DNA of 64,000 nucleotides from Candidatus Cloacimonadales bacterium (GCA_963662585.1 OY759729.1:1696001-1760000); one strand, 5' to 3'. Numbered from the stretch's first letter, positions 41,928-51,482 are shown. A program made the numbers and translations. Notes: generated by a model from the sequence alone, not told the origin.

Positions 41928-44459
41928 ATGAAAAAGATAAATGTAATCTTACTTATAACTATCTGGGCATTTTCAGCTTTCTCATTAGAACGATGGGAAG
42001 TTTACACTAATACAAGTCATATCTATCAAACATTATTAAATGGTTCTGAATTAATCTCGGCCTCATGGGGCGGAATTGAAGAGTATAATATTTCAGATTC
42101 TTCAGAAGACTTATCCATAGAACTAAAAAATAAATATACGACTATCAATGGTTTATCGAGTAATGAAGTAAGAACAATCTTTATTCAAAATAATAAACTT
42201 TGGGCAGGAACTTATAACGATGGAGTATCTATTATTGATGATGGTAAAGTCTTCTTAATAAACGCAGATACAGGTCTTCTATCCAACAAAGTAATTGCCA
42301 TTAAAGCTATAGGAGAATTAGTTTTTGTAGTTACAGAAGGTGGTTTTTCAACCTTCTATACTCTCGACGAAATATCTTTCCCTATTCTCTCTAGAAAATA
42401 CTCAGAGACATCAACTGCAGGCGCTTTAGCATCTGATACTATTAATGATATTATTGTTTACCAAGACTATATTTTCCTAGCCACAGATGATGGTTTAACC
42501 TACTTTCCTGTAACTTCTCTAGATAACTTTAATGAATGGGAGACCATACTCTCTATAAATTCTTCCCTGGCAAATAATAAAGTTAATAAATTAGCAGTCT
42601 ATGAAAACCAACTCACGCTAGTCCAAAACAATACTATTCAAGTAGTATCAGACTTCTTTACTAATCCAAACTGGGAAACTTATCTTATCCCAGGCACAGA
42701 GGATAACCAAGCTTCCATAAGCGCTGTAAATCACGATGCTGAAGGTAATGTTATTTTTGCTACTGGAGTATGGAGTGAAGAATTAACTACTATGAGTGAA
42801 TTAAGCTCATCTATTCTACAAATGATTGATCAAGAAGGGAATATTCAAGCTTTATTAACAAGTGATAGTCCAATTTATAAATTAAATAATGATGGCCAAA
42901 CTAGCCAGCTTACAAGAATTAGTGAAATTGGCATTCAATCAATTGATCTTGTAGCAGACAAAATAATTTTATCTACCTGGGGAGCAGGAATTTTTATCTA
43001 TGAAAATTCTAACTGGTATCAATTAGAACCAAATGGAATAGGCTTCAATGCTATAAACTTCCTTACAGTAGATCAAAACCATCACCTCTGGGCATCATGC
43101 GGTTACTATGGAATAAATGCCTTAAGAAAAGGAGCAAGAGGTGTAAGTACTTTGGCTGGTTCAGATTGGACAAGCTATAATATGAGTAACTCCCCCCTTC
43201 AAAGTGACAATATTAATTCTATCACTGTTGGACTAGATAATAAAAAATGGTTCGGATCTTGGTATGCCTCCCCTGAACATCCACAAAATTGGCAAGGTGG
43301 TGCTACTTATTTTGATGAAGAAAACAATAAATGGAGATTGTATAGTAGTAGAGGTGTCTTTGATTATAATTCTGATACAGAATCTTATTCTGACCTCCTA
43401 ACTAATATCCCTAAGCTTCCTTCTCAAACTGTTTCCTACCTCAATACCGATCTTAAAGGAAATATCATGATGTCCCTCCAAAGTTACGGTATCGCTTTCT
43501 TTTCCCCTAACGGAGATGAAAGATTAGCAATTTCACCACTTTACGGATCAACTGCTCAATTTACCAGATTATCATTTAATAATGAGTTTGGCTACTTCTT
43601 TAGTAAATCCGCCTCGGCTGCCGGAGAATCAGCTGGACTCCTCCACTGGGACTCTCAAGAATTACCCCAAGATGGAAATATAAGCAATTGGAGCTCTATC
43701 CCTGTCTCAGAAATTAGATCAAGTGTTATCAATGATATGATAGAAGTTTCCACTCCTTATGGTAAACAAATGTGGATTGCTGGCAATAATGGACTCTACA
43801 TGTATAATGGTAACGATTGGTATCGTTATGGAATAGATATCAAAAGAGAAATCTGGTCAGGTTCAAATTGGGCGATAGATACCCGTTATATTGTTGGAGA
43901 AACAAAACTTTTTGCTTCCCAAGAAACTCATCCTACAGCCCTAGCAATTGATGATTATGGTTGCCTTTGGATTGGTTCTTATAATGCAGGTCTAACAAAA
44001 TTCGACACTAATACTGAGGAGTATTTTATTTATGATAAAGCATCCTACCCACTAATATCAGACCAAATAACGGCTTTAGCTTACGAAGCTCAATCTGGTA
44101 AACTATTTATTGGTGCTGCTGAAGGTTTATGTTCACTCACCGTAGGAAGCTCAATAAACACTCAAAAAGACTTTAATAAAGTAGTTGCTGTCCCAAATCC
44201 TTTCTACCCTGAAAGAGGCGACATCGTAAGAATATTCAACGAACCAGGCGATTTTATGCCTAACTCAGCTAAAGTATGTAAGATTTTTGATAAATCAGGA
44301 CAACTCGTCTATGATATCCCTCTAAATAAATATCAATCCTTCAGCTGGGACGGAAATAATAAAAAAGGTAAGAAATGTAGCTCAGGTGTTTATTTCTTTG
44401 TTATTAGTAGCAATAATGGTGAGACTGTAAAAGGGAAAATAGCGCTGATAAGAAATTAA
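41928..44459 (+). CDS. PorZ-like beta-propeller protein with C-terminal sorting domain
   Basis: Signal peptide; repeated GLSSNEV/GLLSNKV/SPLQSDNINSI two-component-regulator propeller repeats; VPNPF...WDG...SGVY C-terminus. Confidence 0.7.
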   Translation: MKKINVILLITIWAFSAFSLERWEVYTNTSHIYQTLLNGSELISASWGGIEEYNISDSSEDLSIELKNKYTTINGLSSNEVRTIFIQNNKLWAGTYNDGVSIIDDGKVFLINADTGLLSNKVIAIKAIGELVFVVTEGGFSTFYTLDEISFPILSRKYSETSTAGALASDTINDIIVYQDYIFLATDDGLTYFPVTSLDNFNEWETILSINSSLANNKVNKLAVYENQLTLVQNNTIQVVSDFFTNPNWETYLIPGTEDNQASISAVNHDAEGNVIFATGVWSEELTTMSELSSSILQMIDQEGNIQALLTSDSPIYKLNNDGQTSQLTRISEIGIQSIDLVADKIILSTWGAGIFIYENSNWYQLEPNGIGFNAINFLTVDQNHHLWASCGYYGINALRKGARGVSTLAGSDWTSYNMSNSPLQSDNINSITVGLDNKKWFGSWYASPEHPQNWQGGATYFDEENNKWRLYSSRGVFDYNSDTESYSDLLTNIPKLPSQTVSYLNTDLKGNIMMSLQSYGIAFFSPNGDERLAISPLYGSTAQFTRLSFNNEFGYFFSKSASAAGESAGLLHWDSQELPQDGNISNWSSIPVSEIRSSVINDMIEVSTPYGKQMWIAGNNGLYMYNGNDWYRYGIDIKREIWSGSNWAIDTRYIVGETKLFASQETHPTALAIDDYGCLWIGSYNAGLTKFDTNTEEYFIYDKASYPLISDQITALAYEAQSGKLFIGAAEGLCSLTVGSSINTQKDFNKVVAVPNPFYPERGDIVRIFNEPGDFMPNSAKVCKIFDKSGQLVYDIPLNKYQSFSWDGNNKKGKKCSSGVYFFVISSNNGETVKGKIALIRN

Positions 44460-46570
44460 GAATGGAGAATTGAGAATGGAGAATTAAAAGATGAGGGGCT
44501 TCTTAACTGGGAATGTGGGCTTCCAGCCCGCCTCATTGCGAGGCAATGATAATCCATCTTCTGCCGGATTGCATGCACCCTTGCATGCGAAAAACCTTAT
44601 AAAAATCTAATATTATCTTCTTATTGTCTAATATGGAAGCAGAAACGCTTCCGCTTTATAGAAGAAAACACCCCCTGTGTCCCCCTCACGGAGGGGGATT
44701 TAAGATTCACGGACTAAAGGTCCGTAACCCCAGTTATTAAATCCCGAAGGGATTAAATAGATTAGCCCAGGGTCTCATTTTTTGAAGAAAAATTGACCCT
44801 GGGTATGGCAAACCAATATTCGTGTAACCCTGTAAGGGTTTAATAGAGAAAATAATAATTGCTAAAAAATCGGTCAAATTATTTAAGAATGGACATTTAC
44901 ACTAATTAACGCGAATTAAAAGGAATTTTCACGAATGTAGGGGCCTATTGCCATACACCTTCTTGAAAAATCCCTTAACACAGAGTAAAGATGAGTTTTA
45001 AGAAGAGTTTCACAGAGTTTTAGTAAAGTTTTGAGAATGTGATAAGATCTCTTCTGTCGGATAGTGGAGATTCTCTCCGCTGTGAATTGGTAAGTAGCAG
45101 ATGAATAGTGTTTAAACTGATAGAAAATCTAGAAATACCAGTTTCTAATGTGGAAGCAGAGACGCTTCCACTCCATAGAAAAAAAACACCCCCTGTGTCC
45201 CCCTCACGGAGGGGGATTTAAGATTCACGGACTAAAGGTCCGTAACCCCAGTTAATCACTAAAGATTAAAGTTTACAACAACATGATAATCCCTCTTCTG
45301 CCGGATTGCATGCACCCTTGCATGCGAAAAACCTTATAAAAATCTAATATTATCTTATTATTGTCTTATGTGGAAGCAGAGACGCTTCCACTCCATAGAA
45401 GGAAACACCCCCTGTGTCCCCCTCACGGAGGGGGGATTTAAGATTCACGGACTAAAGGTCCGTAACCCCAGTTAATCACTAAAGATGATAGTTTACAACA
45501 ACATGATAATCCCTCTTCTGCCGGATTGCATGCACCCTTGCATGCGAAAAACCTTATAAAAATCTAATATTATCTTATTATTGTCTTATGTGGAAGCAGA
45601 AACGCTTCCACTCCATAGAAGGAAACACCCCCTGTGTCCCCCTCACGGAGGGGGGATTTAAGATTCACGGACTAAAGGTCCGTAACCCCAGTTAATCACT
45701 AAACCCCAGTCTATTGCATGCACCCTTTTAAAAAATCTAATATTCACGGATAGAAAAAAAACCCCTGGTCCTCACGGAGGGGGATTTAAGATTCACGGAC
45801 CCCAGTTCTTAAATCCCGAAGGGATGCCATATAATAGGGAGTCACGAATTAGGGGGCCTATTGCCATACACCTTCTTGAAAAATCCCTTAACACAGAGTA
45901 AAGATGAGTTTTAAGAAGAGTTTCACAGAGTTTTAGTAAAGTTTTGAGAATGTGATAAGATCTCTTCTGTCGGATAGTGGAGATTCTCTCCGCTGTGAAT
46001 TGGTAAGTAGCAGATGAATAGTGTTTAAACTGATAGAAAATCTAGAAATACCAGTTTCTAATGTGGAAGCAGAGACGCTTCCACTCCATAGAAAAAAAAC
46101 ACCCCCTGTGTCCCCCTCACGGAGGGGGATTTAAGATTCACGGACTAAAGGTCCGTAACCCCAGTTAATCACTAAAGATTAAAGTTTACAACAACATGAT
46201 AATCCCTCTTCTGCCGGATTGCATGCACCCTTGCATGCGAAAAACCTTATAAAAATCTAATATTATCTTATTATTGTCTTATGTGGAAGCAGAGACGCTT
46301 CCACTCCATAGAAAAAAACACCCCCTGTGTCCCCCTCACAGAGGGGAATTTAAGATTCACGGACTAAAGGTCCCTAACCCCAGTTATTTAAGATTCACGG
46401 ACTAAAGGTCCGTAACCCCAGTTCTTAAATCCCGAAGGGATGCCATATAATAGGGAGTGTTCGTAAGACACTCCTAAAGTCACGACAAAAAGATAGCCCT
46501 GCAGGGGCGACATATACTAAAAAAAGTAAAAGAAAATAAGCTATCCACTAATTTCAAAAATTGCACGAAT
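44458..46570. repeat. Mosaic of several palindromic repeat families with 220-bp tandem units and a roughly 540-bp duplication
   Basis: Units at 45148, 45368, 45588 (period 220); 44930-~45473 repeated at 45843-~46385 (offset 913); no ORF of 60 aa or more. Confidence 0.92.
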
Positions 46571-46725
46571 AAAATAGAAAAGACTTATAGAAATACAAAT
46601 ACCTTTCACACGAATTAAATCAAATTATTTATGATTGGAATGTCAGCTATTCTCTTAATTCCCCTTCCCTCTTAAAAGCATTTATGCTATCCATTCACTT
46701 CCTAAAAATTAATCTCATGAGATAA

Positions 46726-47100
46726 TTATCCACATTTTATACACATACCTATATTAAGAGGCTTTTCTTTAAATAACTTTCTTCCATCTTCCTAAAAATT
46801 AAGGACTTATATCAAAAAGTAACAATTAGAGAAAAACTGCATAAAACCGGGCTTTTACCGACTTCTACACACCTGTGGATAAGTATTAGTGAATAAACAA
46901 GTATAACTCAAAAAGAAAGACACTTATCACTTATCTATTGTGGATAAAGAGGTATAACTAAGAAACTTATACACACAATACACACAATGACAATTGTTTT
47001 TAAGACTACTATTTTGCAGAATCTTATAATTTATCTTGACGAGTTATCCATATATCCACACACTCTACTACTACTACTAATTAATAAAAAGAAAAGGTAT
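46726..47100. promoter_or_regulatory. Probable chromosomal replication origin (oriC)
   Basis: DnaA boxes at 46726, 46737, 46874, 46939, 46967; overlapping tandem boxes TTATCCATATATCCACA (47044-47060), 4-nt spacer, (CTA)5 DnaA-trios (47065-47079), then AT-rich tract. Confidence 0.8.
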
Positions 47101-47106
47101 TATAAT

Positions 47107-48348
47107 ATGTATTTAATGATTAAGAGAGTCTTATTTTGGGTAACTTTTACACTTGTAATTTTAGGATGTACAGATAAAGAAAATGGGATAAATATTACCC
47201 AGTCTAATTTGCACCCACTCGCTGGAGAGATAAATTCAATTACTGAAGAATTTAGTTTCAGAGATGAAATATCTGTCAATGGAGAAAATAACAAACTTCT
47301 TGTAAGTAATACAGAAGAACTTGAATCTCAGGCTATTCTAAGCTTCGCATATATTCCAGATAATATTGAATATATAAATGATGCTACTTTAACCTTATAT
47401 TCTGATTTAAAACCTTATGGTGATATGGAATTCAAAATAAAGCGCTTAGATCAAGAATATTTAGAAGCAGAAGCTAACTGGGAAGAAGCTAGCGAAGGTG
47501 TAAGCTGGGATCAAGAACTAATTTTTGATTCTGTTATTGAACCTGTAGTTTTTTCTGACACAATTGCAGCTTCAATTGATTCATTAGTATTTAATATCTC
47601 CGCAGAAGAAATAATTACTTGGTCTGAATCTGATCAAGCTCTATTTTCAATCATTATTTATACTGAATCTGATAATTATATAGAACTACTTTCTTCAGAA
47701 AATACTAAAAATCCTGTTTTAAAATTTACTTATAAACTAAATAGTGATGCAAGCGATGCTGAAGATAGAGAGTATGAGAGAAATTCCTTCAAGGATACCT
47801 CTATTATCAACGACAAGCTCGGTTCAGACCTAACTCTAAATAACACCCTAAAAATTAGTAACTTGCCTCCTATGAGGTCTTTTATGAAGTTTGAAGTAGA
47901 TACTACAACTTTAGTTGATCAGGATGGGGAAGGGCTTTCTGAATATCAAATTAATCATCTTACTGTTAATGAAGCTTATCTTAGATTATATGTAAAAGAG
48001 ACTTCTGTTCTTCCTGAAAGTAGAATAATTTATCTTACTCCCTTTAGAGTTAAATCAGAAATTACTGATCCTGCTGTTATTGATTCCGATAACCTAGAAT
48101 ATCTTATAAACACAGGAACTTCTATTGCTACAATAAAAGCTGAACCAGACTCAACTCAATTTATTGATTTAAAAATAACTCCAATTTTACAAGGCTTTAT
48201 CTCAGGTGAAAAAGAGAACTTCGGGATTTCTTTTAGATCTTCTTTCCAATCAAGTAATTTTAATTGGGTAGAATTCTGGGGAAATGATGCCACTGATGAA
48301 AGCTTAAGACCTAAATTGCATTTTGTTTATACTTTACCGATGGAGTAA
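47107..48348 (+). CDS. Lipoprotein of unknown function (DNRLRE/DUF4270-like)
   Basis: Lipobox VILGC after ATG 47107 (or 47116); EANW, NPVLKFTY, RPKLHFVY repeats resemble DNRLRE-type domains. Confidence 0.6.
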   Translation: MYLMIKRVLFWVTFTLVILGCTDKENGINITQSNLHPLAGEINSITEEFSFRDEISVNGENNKLLVSNTEELESQAILSFAYIPDNIEYINDATLTLYSDLKPYGDMEFKIKRLDQEYLEAEANWEEASEGVSWDQELIFDSVIEPVVFSDTIAASIDSLVFNISAEEIITWSESDQALFSIIIYTESDNYIELLSSENTKNPVLKFTYKLNSDASDAEDREYERNSFKDTSIINDKLGSDLTLNNTLKISNLPPMRSFMKFEVDTTTLVDQDGEGLSEYQINHLTVNEAYLRLYVKETSVLPESRIIYLTPFRVKSEITDPAVIDSDNLEYLINTGTSIATIKAEPDSTQFIDLKITPILQGFISGEKENFGISFRSSFQSSNFNWVEFWGNDATDESLRPKLHFVYTLPME

Positions 48349-48404
48349 GAATTAAAAGAAAAATTCTATCCACGAATTACACAAATTTCACTAATTAAGA
48401 AAAT

Positions 48405-48722
48405 ATCCCGAAGGGATTAAATAAGTTAGCCCAGGGTCTCATTTTTCAAAGAAAAATTAACCCTTGGTAGGGTATACCAATATTCGTGTAACCCTGTAAG
48501 GGTTAGATAGACATAAACAATAATTGAAATAAAACAGTCAGATTATTTAGGACAGGAAAGATGTTTGCGTAATATTGCTGTGTAAAAAGGAATAAATTTA
48601 AATCTTGCTGGGAATTATCCCGAAGGGATTAAAATATGATAGCCCAGGGTCTCATTTTTCAAAGAAAAATTGAACCTGGGTAGGGATTCTTCAAGAATCC
48701 TAACCCTGTAGGGGTTGCATAG
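48405..48722 (+). repeat. Two copies of a triple-hairpin REP-like element (family V)
   Basis: atcccgaagggat-N9/10-tag-cccagggtc...cc(t)ggg...aaccctgtaRgggtt at 48405-48510 and 48617-48722; homologous to 44741-44846. Confidence 0.85.
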
Positions 48723-48738
48723 GGGATGTCGATATCTT

Positions 48739-49318
48739 CTTAAATCCCCCTCCGTGAGGGGGACACAGGGGGTGTTTCAATATCTTTTTAAATCTCCCTC
48801 CGCGAGGGGAAAACAGTGGGTTTTTTCAATATTTCTTGGATATCTATTGGTTGGAGGATAAATGAATAAACTAAAATTGGAAGCTTATAGATTTCCTTAT
48901 AATGAAAATCTAAAAGATAAAGCCAGGTTTCTAAGAAATAACCAAACTAAAGCTGAAAAGAAGCTCTGGTATCAATATCTTTCGCCTCATAAAGTAAAAT
49001 TTAATAGACAAAAAATTATAGATAATTTTATTGTAGATTTTTATTGTGCAAGATTTAAGTTAGTAATTGAAATTGATGGTGAATCACATAATAGTGAAGA
49101 AACTAACATGAATGATAAAAAAAGAACTGAGATATTAAGTTCTTATGGATTAACAGTAATTAGATTTTCTAATTATCAGATATATGAATATTTCGAAGCT
49201 GTAATTGAAGAAATAGAACTTTATCTACATTGATATTTTACCAATGTGTCTTCTTCACAGAGATGATTAAAAATATAATAAACACCCCCTTTGTCCCCCT
49301 CGCGGAGGGGGATATAAG
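48739..49318. mobile_element. Putative DUF559 element bounded by paired inverted palindromic repeats (family Z)
   Basis: Inverted Z copies at 48739-48777 and 48788-48825, direct Z copies at about 49239-49272 (degenerate) and 49280-49318. Confidence 0.5.
48862..49233 (+). CDS. DUF559 family endonuclease (Vsr-like PD-(D/E)XK fold)
   Basis: ARFLRNNQTKAEKKLW, FNRQ, FIVDFYC, LVIEIDGESH, VIRFSN; GGAGG SD. Confidence 0.92.
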   Translation: MNKLKLEAYRFPYNENLKDKARFLRNNQTKAEKKLWYQYLSPHKVKFNRQKIIDNFIVDFYCARFKLVIEIDGESHNSEETNMNDKKRTEILSSYGLTVIRFSNYQIYEYFEAVIEEIELYLH

Positions 49319-49340
49319 AGGAAAGGAAACTAAATAAACT

Positions 49341-50597
49341 ATGAAAAAACACATATTAATACTCATATTAATAATGACAAGTCTTCTTGCGAGTGCTGAA
49401 GTACTAGACAGAATAATAGCTAAAATAGGTAATGACATTCTTTTACAGTCTGACCTACAAAAGCAGATGATGCAAATGCAGGCAGCAGGAATGCTCAATG
49501 ACTCTATTACTGAGCAAGATGTTCTGGATCAAATGGTGGAATTCAAATTGGTAGTTCAAAAAGCTAAAGACCTTGATTATGTAATTAATGAAGATAAAAT
49601 AAATTCTATGGCTGAAAGTAGGATTGCTGAAATTAGAAGTAGTTTTGAATCTGAAACAGAATTCCTTAACGAGCTTAAAAAAAGTAATATGAATAGATTT
49701 GATCTGCTAAACTATTTTAAAGATATGTTTAAAGAACAGTCACTTAGAGAGCAAGTTGTTCGTTATGAAATTGATTCTAAAATTGAAGTTAGTGATGAAG
49801 AGATAGAGGAATTCTATAATCTCCACAAATCTGAACTTCCTCTTCGTAAGCCTTCTAATAAATTAGGAATGATCTTACTTCAAATCAAAGCAAGTGATAA
49901 AACTAAAAAACAGAGATATAAAGAGTTAGAACAGATTTATGAAAGAATTTCTAGGGGAGAATCATTTGCTGATTTAGCAAAAAAATATAGTGATTGTGGT
50001 TCTGCTAGTGCTGGGGGAGACCTTGGTTACTTCGGAAGAGGGGAAATGGTCAAAACTTTTGAAAATACTGCCTATTCTCTCAAACCTGGGGAAGTATCTG
50101 ATATTATCGAAACTCAATTCGGTTATCACATCATAAAATTAGAGGATATTAAAGAGAATCAAGTTCGGGCAAGACACATTCTAAAAGCTTTAACTCCTAC
50201 GAAATTAGATTCTACTGCTAATTATAAACTTATGCAACAAATTGTCCAAAGATATAAGGATGGTGAAGATTTTGGTAAACTGGCTAGAAATTACTCAGAT
50301 GATCAAACTTCAGCTCTTAATAACGGAGTCATTGGTATTTTCCCTAAAGGTGAGTACCCACCTCTCTATGAAGAGTATTATAAAGATTTACAAGCTGGTC
50401 AAATCTCTGATATTATCTTAATTGAAGATATGTATTATCTCTTTGCTAATCTTGAAGATGTACCTGAAGGCCCTTATGAGTTATCAGAAATTAAGGATAA
50501 AGTGAAAGAAATGGCTTTTATGGAAAAAAAACAACAGTTTTATCAAAACTGGATAAATGATATTAAGCAAGAAATCTATGTCGAAATCCTTAATTAA
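49341..50597 (+). CDS. surA: SurA-like periplasmic chaperone/parvulin PPIase
   Basis: LDRIIAKIGNDILLQSDL N-domain; FADLAKKYSD, GGDLGYF, TQFGYHIIK; second parvulin domain. Confidence 0.85.
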   Translation: MKKHILILILIMTSLLASAEVLDRIIAKIGNDILLQSDLQKQMMQMQAAGMLNDSITEQDVLDQMVEFKLVVQKAKDLDYVINEDKINSMAESRIAEIRSSFESETEFLNELKKSNMNRFDLLNYFKDMFKEQSLREQVVRYEIDSKIEVSDEEIEEFYNLHKSELPLRKPSNKLGMILLQIKASDKTKKQRYKELEQIYERISRGESFADLAKKYSDCGSASAGGDLGYFGRGEMVKTFENTAYSLKPGEVSDIIETQFGYHIIKLEDIKENQVRARHILKALTPTKLDSTANYKLMQQIVQRYKDGEDFGKLARNYSDDQTSALNNGVIGIFPKGEYPPLYEEYYKDLQAGQISDIILIEDMYYLFANLEDVPEGPYELSEIKDKVKEMAFMEKKQQFYQNWINDIKQEIYVEILN

Positions 50598-51180
50598 AAA
50601 TTATCATGAATTAATAGCTACTTTCTTCTTAGTAGGGAAAGTACCTAAAGCTCCAGGAACCTTCGGAACTCTGGTAGCTGCTATAATTTACTACTACCTA
50701 CCAAGAATATTCGCTCTTATCCCCTTCCGCGAGGGGGACACAGGGGGTGTTTTAACTGGGAATGCGGGAACTCTAACTGGGAATGTGGGCATCCTGCCCG
50801 CGAATGGTAATACTACCATTATTCCCCTCTTCTACGATTCCCCTTTCTGGCTACTCTTTCTAATAGCCTTTTTCTTCCTAGGTGTTTACTCTTCAACTAA
50901 AGCAGAAGAGACCATGGGACACGACAATGGCCATATTGTTATAGACGAAGTTTTAGGGTATTGGGTTGCTCTTTATCTTTTTGAACCATCCCCATATTAC
51001 ATAATTTTCGGATTCCTTTTATTTAGACTTTTCGATATTGCAAAACCATACCCAATTAATAAAGTCCAAAATCTCCCTAAAGGTTGGGGAGTTATGGTAG
51101 ATGATATTTTAGCAGGTGTTTATACTGCTGTTGTCTTGCTTATTATTGATTTAATTTGGTTGATTGTAAAACCTAACTAA
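50578..51180 (+). CDS. pgpA: Phosphatidylglycerophosphatase A with a repeat-derived in-frame insertion
   Basis: APGTFGT, HIVIDEVLG, FRLFDIAKPYPI, GVMVDDILAG; extra segment encoded by repeat DNA at 50719-50801. Confidence 0.92.
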   Translation: MSKSLIKNYHELIATFFLVGKVPKAPGTFGTLVAAIIYYYLPRIFALIPFREGDTGGVLTGNAGTLTGNVGILPANGNTTIIPLFYDSPFWLLFLIAFFFLGVYSSTKAEETMGHDNGHIVIDEVLGYWVALYLFEPSPYYIIFGFLLFRLFDIAKPYPINKVQNLPKGWGVMVDDILAGVYTAVVLLIIDLIWLIVKPN

Positions 51181-51187
51181 GATAATT

Positions 51188-51482
51188 TATCCACTGATTT
51201 CACGCAATGCAATAAGAGTAAGAACCTTAACACAGAGTTTTTGTAGGGTGCTAATCATTATTAGCCTTTTTAAAAGAATATTTAGCCACAAATAACACCA
51301 ATAAACACGAATAAGAAAATAATATTCAATGTCCACAGATTACACTGATTCACACTGATTATTAAGAATAAAAAAAAAGCTATTTAAATTATCGTTTTTT
51401 TTAGTGATATCGGTTATTAAATTATTCTTCCTTTTTTTTTGTGTTCTTTGTGTCTTGGTGGTAAAAAAAATATAAATGGAAG
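51188..51482. repeat. Cluster of CAC-periodic (9-10 nt) repeats and a GTAG-tagged hairpin
   Basis: ttagccacaaataacaccaataaacacgaat, ccacagattacactgattcacactgatt, tttgtgttctttgtgtcttggtggt; gtagggt-gctaat-catt-attagc at 51243; blocks recur at 54.1-54.8 kb. Confidence 0.8.

Noticed and set aside
44500..44560. tRNA or riboswitch in the GC-rich hairpins
   Set aside because: No cloverleaf, TTCG T-loop or CCA end; the hairpins match repeat families P and X
45705..45805. Distinct new repeat unit
   Set aside because: It is a multiply deleted X-Y-Z-W unit; could be real decay or a consensus error, which cannot be resolved without reads
46987..47106. N-terminal 40 aa of the 453-aa ORF
   Set aside because: Overlaps DnaA boxes and the (CTA)n tract; a proper lipoprotein signal peptide begins at ATG 47107 or 47116
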